A DNA stretch of 64,000 nt from an uncultured Collinsella sp. (lineage in GTDB: Bacteria; Actinomycetota; Coriobacteriia; Coriobacteriales; Coriobacteriaceae): the NCBI GenBank assembly GCA_959020035.1, contig CAUEQX010000001.1, positions 409 to 64,408 of the forward strand, given 5' to 3'. The translations under genes were made by a program, and so were the position numbers. Positions 31,719 to 41,304 of the stretch are shown piece after piece. Under the pieces are notes generated by a model. It saw only the letters and a program-made list of their open reading frames with translations, was not told where the DNA came from and made no database searches. Every line of letters begins with the position of its first letter. Position 1 is the first letter of the stretch.

Positions 31719-31806
31719 TCAAATGAAATGCAAAGTTTTATACGCTTGATTATCGATGAAACGCAGAATTTTTAGAACCTAAAATCAAATGAAATGCAGA
31801 GATTTG
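31719..31806. repeat. Three direct repeats with 33-bp period upstream of the AAA+ gene
   Basis: ATGAAAYGCA at 31723, 31756 and 31789. Confidence 0.75.
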
Positions 31807-31839
31807 AGATTATAAGCAAAAGAAGGGGCACCACCGGCG

Positions 31840-31872
31840 AATGTGTCAAAGGGGCTGTCCCTTTGACACATT
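31840..31872. repeat. REP-like palindrome, family 2
   Basis: AATGTGTCAAAGGG-GCTGT-CCCTTTGACACATT, with a compensatory A/T swap relative to the other copies. Confidence 0.85.
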
Positions 31873-31880
31873 GCGCTCGA

Positions 31881-32210
31881 CTACTCGTCAACGATCTCGG
31901 CAAGCCAGACGTTCAGCGTATCAACCTCGGGGCAGCAGAACTTTGCCGTACCGGGCTCGTTGCCAGGCACAGTTCCGCCATAGCGCAGGATATCGATATA
32001 GGGAAAGCCCACATGGCAGGCCATGGCGCACATCTTGCCGCGGTCTCGGTCGAAGTCAAAAACGTCGCCCGGCTTGTGACCATGGTGGCAGCGGCACGCA
32101 CCCAGCTGGTCCACGCAGCTCACGCGGATACGCGGACGCTTGCCACGCGGCGCGCCGAGCGGCTTGTTATCGCCCGCAGGCTTGATGCCGCCCTCGCCAG
32201 CATTACTCAT
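31881..32210 (-). CDS. Cys-rich small protein (TIGR04076-like)
   Basis: C..GHKPGD.F, MCAMA, FCCPE pattern; overlaps the pyridoxal kinase stop. Confidence 0.7.
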   Translation of the reverse strand: MSNAGEGGIKPAGDNKPLGAPRGKRPRIRVSCVDQLGACRCHHGHKPGDVFDFDRDRGKMCAMACHVGFPYIDILRYGGTVPGNEPGTAKFCCPEVDTLNVWLAEIVDE

Positions 32211-33027
32211 GGTCGATCACATCCAGGCAGGCCTCGATGGGAAGGCCGGCCGATTTGTCCTCTTGGTCGGCATTGCGCTCGATAAGCTCTGCCACCACGC
32301 GCATGGCATCGGACGTCGCGCGCTGCAGACTCCAGCCTGCCATAACGCGGCCGACGAGCACCGCCGAGAACGTGTCGCCCGTGCCCGGGAAATAGACCGG
32401 AATGAGCTCAAAGGGAATCGTAAAGTACTCCCCCGCCACATGGTCGTAACCAATAACCGCGTTCGTGCCATTGACTACGGCGCTCGTAATGACCACCGAC
32501 TTGGCACCCAGCTCGCGCACGGCGTCCACAAGGGCGCGGGCCTCATCGGGCGTAATTTGCTCGACGATAGGCGTGTCGGTGAGCAAACTGGCCTCGGTGT
32601 AGTTGGGAACCGCGTAGTCGGCGCACTCGAGCAGGTGCCGCATAAGGCCAATCGTGGACTCGGGCACGCCCGCATAGAGCTTGCCGTTGTCGCCCATGAT
32701 GGGGTCGACGAACACCTTGGTGCCCTTTTGCGCACGGCGGTGGCAAAAGTCCGAGATGATGCGCGTCTCTTCCTCGGTCACGATAAAGCCGGTCGAGATG
32801 GCGTCGAATTCAAAGCCGAGCTCCTCCCAGATGGCGAGGCTCTGGCGCACGTACTCCGTGGTGTCGTGGATGTAGAACTTGGGGTAGTTGAGCGTGTCGG
32901 AAACGAGCGCCGTCGGCAGGTTATGGATACGGTAGCCCATGTGCGACAGCACCGGCAGCATGGCGGAAAGCGCGACCTTGCCGTAGCCGCACATATCGTT
33001 AATCAGCAGCAGCTGAGTGTTCTTCAT
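32203..33027 (-). CDS. pdxK: Pyridoxal/pyridoxamine kinase (PfkB family)
   Basis: GYGKVAL, LPTALVS, VDPIMGDNG, PNYTEA, PGTGD. Confidence 0.85.
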   Translation of the reverse strand: MKNTQLLLINDMCGYGKVALSAMLPVLSHMGYRIHNLPTALVSDTLNYPKFYIHDTTEYVRQSLAIWEELGFEFDAISTGFIVTEEETRIISDFCHRRAQKGTKVFVDPIMGDNGKLYAGVPESTIGLMRHLLECADYAVPNYTEASLLTDTPIVEQITPDEARALVDAVRELGAKSVVITSAVVNGTNAVIGYDHVAGEYFTIPFELIPVYFPGTGDTFSAVLVGRVMAGWSLQRATSDAMRVVAELIERNADQEDKSAGLPIEACLDVIDHE

Positions 33028-33156
33028 GAGGGTCTCCCTTGGTTCGGGCACGGCGCAGCAGCGCCACAGTGCGACTAAGTGTAGCGCAGGGGACGTTGTG
33101 AGCGGGCGCTACGGTCGCGAAGAGCGCATTGTTGCGAAAAGGTTACGAAAACGAGG

Positions 33157-33210
33157 TAGTCGTTGGACGTTCTTAAATGACTAGTCAAACAAGAACGTCC
33201 CCAACGACTA
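33157..33210. repeat. Inverted doublet of family-1 REP-like units
   Basis: TAGTCGTTGGACGTTCTT...AAGAACGTCCCCAACGACTA. Confidence 0.85.
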
Positions 33211-33212
33211 TC

Positions 33213-33278
33213 TCAGATTGCCGCTCTGGCGGGTTTGCAGCGTCGAGCGGTTACGGCGTTTGGCAAAACGCCGTAACT
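33213..33278 (+). repeat. Dispersed structured element, copy D (right end only)
   Basis: TCAGATTGCCGCT..GTTTGCAGCGTCGA..GTTACGGCGTTTGGCAAAACGCCGTAACT closely matches 20050-20115. Confidence 0.8.
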
Positions 33279-33294
33279 TAATAAGTTTGGTACC

Positions 33295-33354
33295 TTGACA
33301 TTCATTTCTCATGCTCCTAGATTGGTTAGGCACAAAACAATTCCACTACCTAAC
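33295..33354 (+). promoter_or_regulatory. Promoter of the MarR-ABC operon with candidate operator
   Basis: TTGACA-17 nt-TAGATT, then GTTAGG...CCTAAC inverted half-sites. Confidence 0.6.
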
Positions 33355-33378
33355 TAAAGAAAGGAGCAACACTAATTC

Positions 33379-33885
33379 ATGTGCGATGAACCTCTTAACC
33401 TTTGTTCGCACGAGCCCGGCGGTGACCCGTCGCAACCGGTAGACATACCCGAAGCGGTCAGCGCCGAAGACAAACTCGCCAAGCGCATCCTGAGCGGCCT
33501 GGGTTTTTGCGGCCATTACATGCATTTTCACGGCGGAGGCGTATCCGGCAAGGCGCCCATCATCTGCCTGCTGGCCAAGCAGCCCGGCGGCGAGATGTCT
33601 CAGCAGGAACTCGGCATGCACTTTGACCTCAAACCGGGGTCGCTTTCCGAGATCCTGTCCAAGCTCGAGGTCAACGGCCTCATCGAGCGCAGCCGTAACC
33701 CCAAGGATCGACGGCAACTCACCATTCGCCTGACCGAAACCGGCCGGGAAAACGCCCGCATCGACCAGGCGGCCCGCATCCGCTTTAGAGAACGGGCCTT
33801 TAGTGCCCTCACTCACGACGAGCGCGAGCAGCTCGCCGAAATGCTCGAGAAAATCCGTGTAACCTGGGAGGAACTGGATGATTAA
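33379..33885 (+). CDS. MarR family regulator
   Basis: SQQEL, LSKLEVNGLIER, DRR, LTETG; overlaps the ABC start. Confidence 0.92.
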   Translation: MCDEPLNLCSHEPGGDPSQPVDIPEAVSAEDKLAKRILSGLGFCGHYMHFHGGGVSGKAPIICLLAKQPGGEMSQQELGMHFDLKPGSLSEILSKLEVNGLIERSRNPKDRRQLTIRLTETGRENARIDQAARIRFRERAFSALTHDEREQLAEMLEKIRVTWEELDD

Positions 33886-35692
33886 AACCCTCATGGGCAG
33901 CATCCGCGACTATATGAAAGTCGCTGTTGCCACGCCATTGCTCGTGCTTGGCGAGGTGCTCTGCGAGGTGCTGATTCCATTTATCACCGCCAACCTGATC
34001 GACGCCATCAAAGACGGTGCCACCGTAGCCGAGATGCTTCCCATCGCAGGCTTTTTGGTGCTCATCGCGCTGACGTCGCTTGCTTTAGGCGCCGCTGCCG
34101 GCGTCACCTGCAGCCATGCGAGCTGCGGCTTCGCCAAGAACCTGCGTCACGACCTGTTCTACAAGATCCAGACGTTCAGCTTTGCCAACATCGATGAGTT
34201 CTCGAGCTCCTCGCTCGTCACGCGTCTGACCACTGACATCAACAACGTTCAACAGGCCTTTATGATGATCATCCGTATCGCCGTGCGCGCGCCGCTGGTC
34301 TTGATCTTCGCCTTTACCATGGCATTTATCATGGGCGGCAGCGTCGCCATGGTCTACCTGGTCATCATTCCGCTGCTGGGCTTTGGACTGTTCTTTATCA
34401 TCTTTAAGGTACGCCCCATCTTCTCGCGCGTGTTCCACAAGTACGACGCCCTTAACGAGTCCGTCGAGGAAAACGTCACCGGCATGCGCGTGGTCAAGAG
34501 CTATGTGCGCGAAGACTTTGAGAAGGAGAAGTTCGCCACCGCCGCGCGCGACGTCCAGATGGACTTCACCCGCGCCGAGAAGCTGCTCGCCTTTAACAAC
34601 CCCATGATGAACATCTGCGTCAACGGCGCATTTGTCGTCATCATCTACCTGGGATCCAAGCTCATCATCACGAGCCAGGGCACGCTGTTCGACGTGGGCC
34701 AGCTCTCCTCCATCTTTACCTACGGCTTCCAGATTCTGATGAGCCTAATGCAGCTGTCGAGGATCTGTGTCATGGTAACCATGGCAGACGAGTCGGCGCA
34801 CCGCATTACCGAGGTGCTGGCCGCCGAGCCCACGATCGCCGATCCCGCCGAGCCCGTGCTCGAGGTTGCCGACGGTTCCATCGACTTTGACCACGTGAGC
34901 TTTAAGTATTCCGCGCATGCGAAGCGCCAGGCGCTCGACGATATCGACCTGCACATTAAGAGCGGCGAGACCATCGGTATCATCGGCGGTACCGGCTCGG
35001 CCAAGTCCACGCTTGTAAACCTCATCGCCCGTCTGTACGACGCCACCGAAGGCACCGTGCGCGTGGGCGGCATGGACGTACGCGACTACGACCTGGACGC
35101 GCTGCGCCACCAAGTGGCCATGGTGCTGCAGAAAAACGTGCTGTTTAGCGGCACCATTGCCGAGAACCTGCGCTGGGGCGACCCGAACGCCACCGACGAG
35201 GCGGTCCGCGAGGCGGCAGATCTGGCCTGCGCCGATGACTTTGTCGGCGGCTTCCCCAAGGGCTACGACACCTGGATCGAGCAGGGCGGCTCCAATGTTT
35301 CCGGCGGTCAGAAGCAGCGCCTGTGCATTGCGCGTGCCCTGCTGCGTCGCCCCAAGATCTTAATCCTGGACGACTCCACCAGCGCTGTCGACACCAAGAC
35401 CGACGCCAAGATTCGCGCAGGGTTGGCAAGCTATCTGCCCAACACGACCAAGCTCATCATCGCCCAGCGCATCAGCTCCGTGCAGGACGCAGACCGCATC
35501 ATCGTCATGGAGGGTGGCCGTATCGCGCAGATCGGCAACCATGACGAGCTGCTCAAGACGAGCGAGATCTACCGCGAGACCTTTACCTCGCAAAACAAGA
35601 TGTCTGCCGAGGGCGAAGGGGCCGTCGAGGCCGACACCGAGGCATCCGCAACACAAGCTCAGACCCAGGAAGGAGGCGAGGCACATGAGTAA
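33878..35692 (+). CDS. Heterodimeric ABC exporter subunit (TMD+NBD)
   Basis: TM domain, GGTGSAKS, VSGGQ, ILDDSTSA (degenerate site). Confidence 0.95.
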   Translation: MIKTLMGSIRDYMKVAVATPLLVLGEVLCEVLIPFITANLIDAIKDGATVAEMLPIAGFLVLIALTSLALGAAAGVTCSHASCGFAKNLRHDLFYKIQTFSFANIDEFSSSSLVTRLTTDINNVQQAFMMIIRIAVRAPLVLIFAFTMAFIMGGSVAMVYLVIIPLLGFGLFFIIFKVRPIFSRVFHKYDALNESVEENVTGMRVVKSYVREDFEKEKFATAARDVQMDFTRAEKLLAFNNPMMNICVNGAFVVIIYLGSKLIITSQGTLFDVGQLSSIFTYGFQILMSLMQLSRICVMVTMADESAHRITEVLAAEPTIADPAEPVLEVADGSIDFDHVSFKYSAHAKRQALDDIDLHIKSGETIGIIGGTGSAKSTLVNLIARLYDATEGTVRVGGMDVRDYDLDALRHQVAMVLQKNVLFSGTIAENLRWGDPNATDEAVREAADLACADDFVGGFPKGYDTWIEQGGSNVSGGQKQRLCIARALLRRPKILILDDSTSAVDTKTDAKIRAGLASYLPNTTKLIIAQRISSVQDADRIIVMEGGRIAQIGNHDELLKTSEIYRETFTSQNKMSAEGEGAVEADTEASATQAQTQEGGEAHE

Positions 35693-37604
35693 GGCAACGA
35701 CCGCCGAGCGCGCGCTCAACCGCAAGGGTGGCACCATGTCGCGCCTCATCAAGACGCTCTTTGGCTTCTACCCCGTGCTTTTGCCCCTCGTCGTCGTCGG
35801 CGTGGTGCTCTGCGCCATCATCAACTCCATCGGCGCGACCTTCCTTCAGAGCGCCCTGCAGATTATTAGCGAATCGTGGCAGTCGGGCGATTGGGAAGCC
35901 GCACAGCCCAAGATCGCACAGCTCGTGACCACCCTCGCCTGCATCTACGGCATCGGCATCCTGTCTTCGCTCTTCTGGAACCGCGCCATGGCCATCGTCA
36001 CGCAGGGCTCGCTCGAGAAGCTGCGCGAGAAGATGTTCAACCGTATGCAGGACCTGCCGATTCGCTACTTCGACACGCACCAGCGCGGCGACATCATGAG
36101 CCACTACACCAACGACATCGACACGCTGCGCCAGATGATCAGCCAGTCGCTGCCCAACCTGCTCATGACGACCATCGTCATCGTCACGGTGTTCTTTATC
36201 ATGCTGTACTACAGCGTGTGGATGTGCCTGGTCATTGTGGCCGGCGTCGCCTTTATGACCTTTATGACCAAGCTGCTCGGCTCCAACTCCGCGCGCTTCT
36301 TTATTGCGCAGCAGACCGAGCTCGGCGTGGTCGAGGGCCATATCGAGGAAGTCATGAACGGCCAGAAGGTCGTCAAGGCATTCTGCCACGAGTCTGCCGC
36401 CGAGGCCGATTTTGACGAGCGCAACGAAAAGCTCTTCGAGGTCTCGCAGAAGGCCAACATGTACGCCAACATCCTCATGCCCATCCTTATGAACCTGGGA
36501 AACCTGCTCTACGTGCTGGTCGCACTGGCAGGCGGCATTTTCCTGGCGCTGGGCGTGCCCAACCTGAGCATCTCGGGCATGGCGCTGTCCATCGCCGTCG
36601 TGGTGCCGTTCCTCAACATGACCAAGCAGTTCTGCGGACAGATCGGCCAGATCTCGCAGCAGATCAACGCCGTGGTCATGGGCCTCGCCGGCGCCGACCG
36701 TATCTTTGAGCTCATCGACGAGGAGCCCGAAGCCGACGAAGGCTATGTGACGCTCGTCAACGCTCAGGTGAACCCCGACACCTGGCAGCTCGAGGAGGCC
36801 GACCACCACACCGGCATGTGGGCGTGGAAACATCCGCACCGCGCAACCGGCGAGATCGAGTACGTGCCGCTGCGCGGCGACCTGGTCATGGACAACGTCG
36901 ACTTTGGCTACACACCCGACCACGAGGTGCTGCACGGCGTGTCTGTGTTTGCCAAGCCGGGCCAGAAGGTCGCGTTTGTCGGCGCCACCGGTGCCGGCAA
37001 GACGACCATCACCAACCTCATCAACCGCTTCTATGACATCGCCGATGGCAAGATCCGCTACGACGGCATCAACGTAAACAAGATCCGCAAGGCCGATCTG
37101 CGTCGCTCGCTGGGCGTGGTGCTGCAGGACGTGAACCTGTTCACCGGCACCGTGATGGATAACATCCGCTACGGCAACCTGGACGCCACCGACGAGGAGT
37201 GCATCGCGGCGGCCAAGCTCGCGGGCGCGGACGACTTTATCACCCGCTTGCCCGACGGCTACGACACCATGCTCACCGGCAACGGCGCGCAGCTGTCGCA
37301 GGGCCAGCGCCAGCTGATCTCGATCGCACGCGCCGCCGTCGCCGATCCGCCGGCAATGATTCTGGACGAGGCCACGAGCTCCATCGACACCCGCACCGAG
37401 GCCATCGTGCAGGCAGGCATGGATAAGCTCATGGAAGGCCGCACGACGTTTGTCATCGCGCACCGCCTGTCCACCGTGCGCAACTCCGACGCGATCATCT
37501 GTCTGGACCACGGCCGCATCATCGAGCGCGGCAACCACGACGAGCTAATCGCCAAGCGCGGATACTACTACCAGCTCTACACCGGAGCGTTTGAGCTGGA
37601 GTAG
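35685..37604 (+). CDS. Heterodimeric ABC exporter subunit (TMD+NBD)
   Basis: GATGAGKT, LSQGQ, ILDEATSS, IAHRLST. Confidence 0.95.
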   Translation: MSKATTAERALNRKGGTMSRLIKTLFGFYPVLLPLVVVGVVLCAIINSIGATFLQSALQIISESWQSGDWEAAQPKIAQLVTTLACIYGIGILSSLFWNRAMAIVTQGSLEKLREKMFNRMQDLPIRYFDTHQRGDIMSHYTNDIDTLRQMISQSLPNLLMTTIVIVTVFFIMLYYSVWMCLVIVAGVAFMTFMTKLLGSNSARFFIAQQTELGVVEGHIEEVMNGQKVVKAFCHESAAEADFDERNEKLFEVSQKANMYANILMPILMNLGNLLYVLVALAGGIFLALGVPNLSISGMALSIAVVVPFLNMTKQFCGQIGQISQQINAVVMGLAGADRIFELIDEEPEADEGYVTLVNAQVNPDTWQLEEADHHTGMWAWKHPHRATGEIEYVPLRGDLVMDNVDFGYTPDHEVLHGVSVFAKPGQKVAFVGATGAGKTTITNLINRFYDIADGKIRYDGINVNKIRKADLRRSLGVVLQDVNLFTGTVMDNIRYGNLDATDEECIAAAKLAGADDFITRLPDGYDTMLTGNGAQLSQGQRQLISIARAAVADPPAMILDEATSSIDTRTEAIVQAGMDKLMEGRTTFVIAHRLSTVRNSDAIICLDHGRIIERGNHDELIAKRGYYYQLYTGAFELE

Positions 37605-37724
37605 TTCGGCTCGCCGAGATGGCCGATTTGCCGCTCATTCGTCGGGCATGACCCTAAGGTCAATGCCCTCCTCTTTCGGGGCAAATCGACTCATCTCAAC
37701 GACTCAAACACAATGCGCCGCAAC

Positions 37725-37767
37725 GAATAAAGCCTCCGCAGCCACACGAGCTGCGGAGGCTTTATTC
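37725..37767 (+). terminator. Terminator of the MarR-ABC operon
   Basis: Perfect 18-bp stem GAATAAAGCCTCCGCAGC/GCTGCGGAGGCTTTATTC. Confidence 0.75.
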
Positions 37768-37776
37768 ATGCCGGCC

Positions 37777-37946
37777 GGAAACCGTATCCCACTTTTCGGG
37801 CCCAAAATGGGATGCCGTTTCCTGCTGGACCCCCTCCGGGAAACGGCATCCCATTTCAAGGGAGTAAACCGGGATGTGATTTCCCCTAACGGCACCTTTG
37901 GGAAGCCGCATCCCACTCTAGACGCACAAAACGGGATGAGCTTTCC
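37777..37946. repeat. Array of three 62-bp dual-arm units
   Basis: GGAA-N-ATCCC arms at 37777, 37839, 37901; GGGATG-N-TTTCC arms at 37809, 37871, 37933; spacers 18/16/18/16/18. Confidence 0.85.
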
Positions 37947-38137
37947 CATGGTGATCCAAGACCAGAAGCATGTCCGATAGCGCGGCCAGGTCAAGAACAA
38001 CAAGGCAAGCGTCACGCCAATTTGGACGAGCGTCTGCTGCAGTTTGAGGCTGCTGGCCCATATGGTAGAGTTAACCACCCATGAATTTCAGCACACTGCG
38101 TGCCACCTGTTCTTTTGTCATTTAGGGGAGTGAACTT

Positions 38138-39229
38138 GTGAATACTTCTGTCGCCAAGAAGGCCGGCCAGGCGGTGCGCCTGCTCATGATGGTGCTCACG
38201 GCAGTTCTCATCTTCTTCTTCATCAATGTTATGCTGCTCGTCTCCGATATCCAGGGCACGGCGCGTGTGGTCAACTACGCCGGCCTGGTACGCGGCACCA
38301 CGCAGCGCATCGTGAAGCTCGAGGACGCAGGCCAGTCACAAGACGACCTGCTCAAGGCCGTGGATTCATACATTAACGGCTTGCGCTACGGAAGCGACGA
38401 CCTCAATCTCGTCCGTCTCGACGACGATGAGTATCAGGCAAAGATGACCGAGCTTGCAAATTATTTTGATGAGCTTTGCACCGAGATCATCCGCGTGCGC
38501 GAAGTCGGCTATGAGAACACCGACATCATCTCCATGAGCGAGGAGTTCTTTGGCATTTGCGACGATGCTACGCGACTCGCAGAGGACTACTCTCAGGAGA
38601 AGGCGTCGGCGCTCAACTATCTCGAGGGCTTGGTGATCATCGACATCGTGGGCTTGGTGGCGACCTTTGCGGTCGAACTTGTTCGCGCGGTGCGCACTGC
38701 CGCGCTCAACCGAGAGCTGCAGAGCAAAGTCTATCTCGACGAAGCCACGGGACTGCCCAACAAGAACAAGTGCGAGGAGATCTTGGGGCAGGAGCGGCCT
38801 GTCTCCGCGGAGGCGCCCGTTGCGGTGTGCGTCTTCGACCTTAACAATCTGCATACGGTCAATAACAACTTCGGCCACGAGAAGGGCGACGAATACATCC
38901 GTTCTTTTGCCCAGCAGCTGGGGTGCGTGGCGTCCGAGACCTGCTTTGTGGGCCGCGACGGTGGCGATGAGTTTATCGCGGTGCTGCGGGATGCCGATCG
39001 AGCTGCCGTGGAGTCCTGTCTCGCTCGGGTTCGTGCGAACGTGAACGAGCATTCCGAGGCTCATCCCGACATGCCTATCAGCTATGCAGTGGGCTACGCG
39101 CTTTCCAGTGATTTTGATGAACCGCCTACGATGCGCGAGCTCTTTTCCCAGGCCGACAAAAACATGTACATCGACAAGAACCGCGTAAAGACAGCTGAGG
39201 CAGCCGGGCTGCAACGCGAGGACCGCTAA
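38138..39229 (+). CDS. Membrane-bound GGDEF-domain protein (putative diguanylate cyclase)
   Basis: Two TM helices around an extracytoplasmic domain; DEATGLPN, FGHEKGD, RDGGDEF, ADKNMY. Confidence 0.9.
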   Translation: MNTSVAKKAGQAVRLLMMVLTAVLIFFFINVMLLVSDIQGTARVVNYAGLVRGTTQRIVKLEDAGQSQDDLLKAVDSYINGLRYGSDDLNLVRLDDDEYQAKMTELANYFDELCTEIIRVREVGYENTDIISMSEEFFGICDDATRLAEDYSQEKASALNYLEGLVIIDIVGLVATFAVELVRAVRTAALNRELQSKVYLDEATGLPNKNKCEEILGQERPVSAEAPVAVCVFDLNNLHTVNNNFGHEKGDEYIRSFAQQLGCVASETCFVGRDGGDEFIAVLRDADRAAVESCLARVRANVNEHSEAHPDMPISYAVGYALSSDFDEPPTMRELFSQADKNMYIDKNRVKTAEAAGLQREDR

Positions 39230-39245
39230 ACCCGTCCCAAATGAG

Positions 39246-40157
39246 CTATTTGAGAAGTTGTGCCATGGCGTTGACGAATTTTTGGACTTGGAGGGTGGGC
39301 TCGAGCGGATAGTGCAGAAAGACTGGCACCTCGCGACCGCATAGGAACGGCACGCCCACAAAGGCCGGGTGCACCCCCGACCACGCCCCGCAGGTGAGCA
39401 CCGCGTCGCCCTTTTCCTCCGCCTCGTTAAAGAGCGCAAAGTCGAAGCTATCCACATCGATCACGTCCACACCGCCGTCGGCCAAAAGGTCGATACGCAG
39501 ACTGTCCATGGCGTCGTTGCCGTGGCGGAGCACGCGCAGGCGCATGCCCTCCAAGTCGGCAACCGTAATGCGTGTCGTGCGCGCCAGCGGGCTCGTGCGC
39601 GGCAGGTCGATATAAAACGGCACGTTAACGATGCGGAGCTTTTGACAGGTGTCGCCCCAGCGCGGTGTCGAAAAACTCGACTGCACCACATCCACCTCGC
39701 GACCAAGGCTGCGCATGACGGATTCGCGCTCGTCATAGAGGTCGCTTACCGGCACGATCTCGAAGCGCAGCGATGGCTCCAGATCGTGGATGCCCGACCA
39801 CATCGACAGCGTCTGGCGCCCCGGGCACATCATCGACACGCCCAGGCGCACGGCACCGCCATCGCCCGCCGCGCGTCGGGCGCGGCGCAGCGCGTCCTCG
39901 GACTGCCGCATGATCGAGCGCGCGTCGTCCACCAGCAGAGCGCCCGCCGGCGTCACCTTAACACCCGAATGCGAGCGCTCGAACAACGTGATGCCAAACT
40001 CGGCCTCGAAACCCGACACCTGTTTGACGAGCGCCGGGGTCGACACGCGCAATTTTGCCGCCGCACGTGAGAAGCTTCCCAGCTCCGCGGCGGCCGATAT
40101 GGCCTCGAGTCGTCGATCGTACACGTCAATCTCCCGTTTTCGCGCCTGTGAACGCAT
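39246..40157 (-). CDS. LysR family regulator
   Basis: GSFSRAAAKL..STPAL, LFERS, TPAG; divergent from the SDR operon. Confidence 0.9.
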   Translation of the reverse strand: MRSQARKREIDVYDRRLEAISAAAELGSFSRAAAKLRVSTPALVKQVSGFEAEFGITLFERSHSGVKVTPAGALLVDDARSIMRQSEDALRRARRAAGDGGAVRLGVSMMCPGRQTLSMWSGIHDLEPSLRFEIVPVSDLYDERESVMRSLGREVDVVQSSFSTPRWGDTCQKLRIVNVPFYIDLPRTSPLARTTRITVADLEGMRLRVLRHGNDAMDSLRIDLLADGGVDVIDVDSFDFALFNEAEEKGDAVLTCGAWSGVHPAFVGVPFLCGREVPVFLHYPLEPTLQVQKFVNAMAQLLK

Positions 40158-40356
40158 GGCGCCACAGGGGGTCGTTTTGGCAGGTCACGCGCTCGATTGA
40201 GAAAAACTGCATCGCACAGTATAAACCTACGGTTAACGCCATTCTAACAAATATGCAATTCACCTGCGCAAATGCAAAGCATACGATAACCAGCGAAAAC
40301 CACGTGGGTCGGTTAATGGGAGCGACCCACCGGGAGGCACAAGAAGGGAAGTTCCT

Positions 40357-41238
40357 ATGAGCAATTGGCTTAAGCTCGAGGGCGATGTCTGCGCCGTGAC
40401 CGGCGCGCTCGGCGGTATGGGCGTCGAGATTTGCCGCGAGTTCGCCCGCAACGGCGCCAACGTCGTCCTGCTCGACCTGGACGAGGAGAAGGTCAAGGCC
40501 GCAGCCGCCGACCTCGCCGCCGAGTTTGGCATCCACGCCGAGGGCTACAAGATGAACGCCACCGACGAGGCCGAGGTTCAGGCCGCCGTCGATGCCACCA
40601 TCGCCGACTTCGGCCGCGTCGACGTCCTTGTCAACACCGCCGGCATCCTGCGCTTCGCCGCCATGGAGGACCTGCCGCTGAGCGACTGGGAGCAGGTGCT
40701 CAACGTCAACCTCACCGGTTACTTCATCACCTCGCAGCGCTTTGGTCGCGAGATGATCAAGGCCGGCCAGGGTCGCCTGGTGCACATCTCGACCGTTGCC
40801 AGCCACTCCCCCGAGACGTTCTCGGGCGTGTACAGCTCCACCAAGGCGGGCGTCAACATGATGTCCAAGATGCTGGCTGCCGAATGGGGCCCCTACGGCG
40901 TCCGCTCCAACTGCGTCGAGCCTTGCTTCGTTAAGACCCCGATGTCGGCCAACTTCTACGCCGACCCCGAGGTCGAGAAGAGCCGCAGCCGCCTGATCGC
41001 CACGCGCCGCATCGGCGAGGTCAGCGATATCGCCAACGCCGTCATGTTCCTGGCGTCCAAGCGCTCGGACTTTACCACCGGCGACGCCATCAAGGTCGAC
41101 GGCGGCTTCTCCAACATGATGGGCGACCTCACCGCCAAGCCCGGCGGCCGTCGCGCCTATGCCGACAACTACCTTAAGAACAAGGGTGTCGAGCTCTGGT
41201 CCGATGAGTCCGGCGTCGCAAAGCCGACTGACCAGTAA
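40357..41238 (+). CDS. Classical SDR oxidoreductase
   Basis: TGALGGMG, NTAG, YSSTK, TGDAIKVDGG. Confidence 0.93.
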   Translation: MSNWLKLEGDVCAVTGALGGMGVEICREFARNGANVVLLDLDEEKVKAAAADLAAEFGIHAEGYKMNATDEAEVQAAVDATIADFGRVDVLVNTAGILRFAAMEDLPLSDWEQVLNVNLTGYFITSQRFGREMIKAGQGRLVHISTVASHSPETFSGVYSSTKAGVNMMSKMLAAEWGPYGVRSNCVEPCFVKTPMSANFYADPEVEKSRSRLIATRRIGEVSDIANAVMFLASKRSDFTTGDAIKVDGGFSNMMGDLTAKPGGRRAYADNYLKNKGVELWSDESGVAKPTDQ

Positions 41239-41304
41239 ACCAACCTGACAGGGAGGCCCCGCGGACACGCCTGTTCCTCCCCCGTATCGATTAGAAAGAG
41301 TCCA

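Noticed and set aside
40220..40236. LysR T-N11-A box
   Set aside because: A palindrome AACC-TAC-GGTT is present but the spacing does not fit T-N11-A cleanly.
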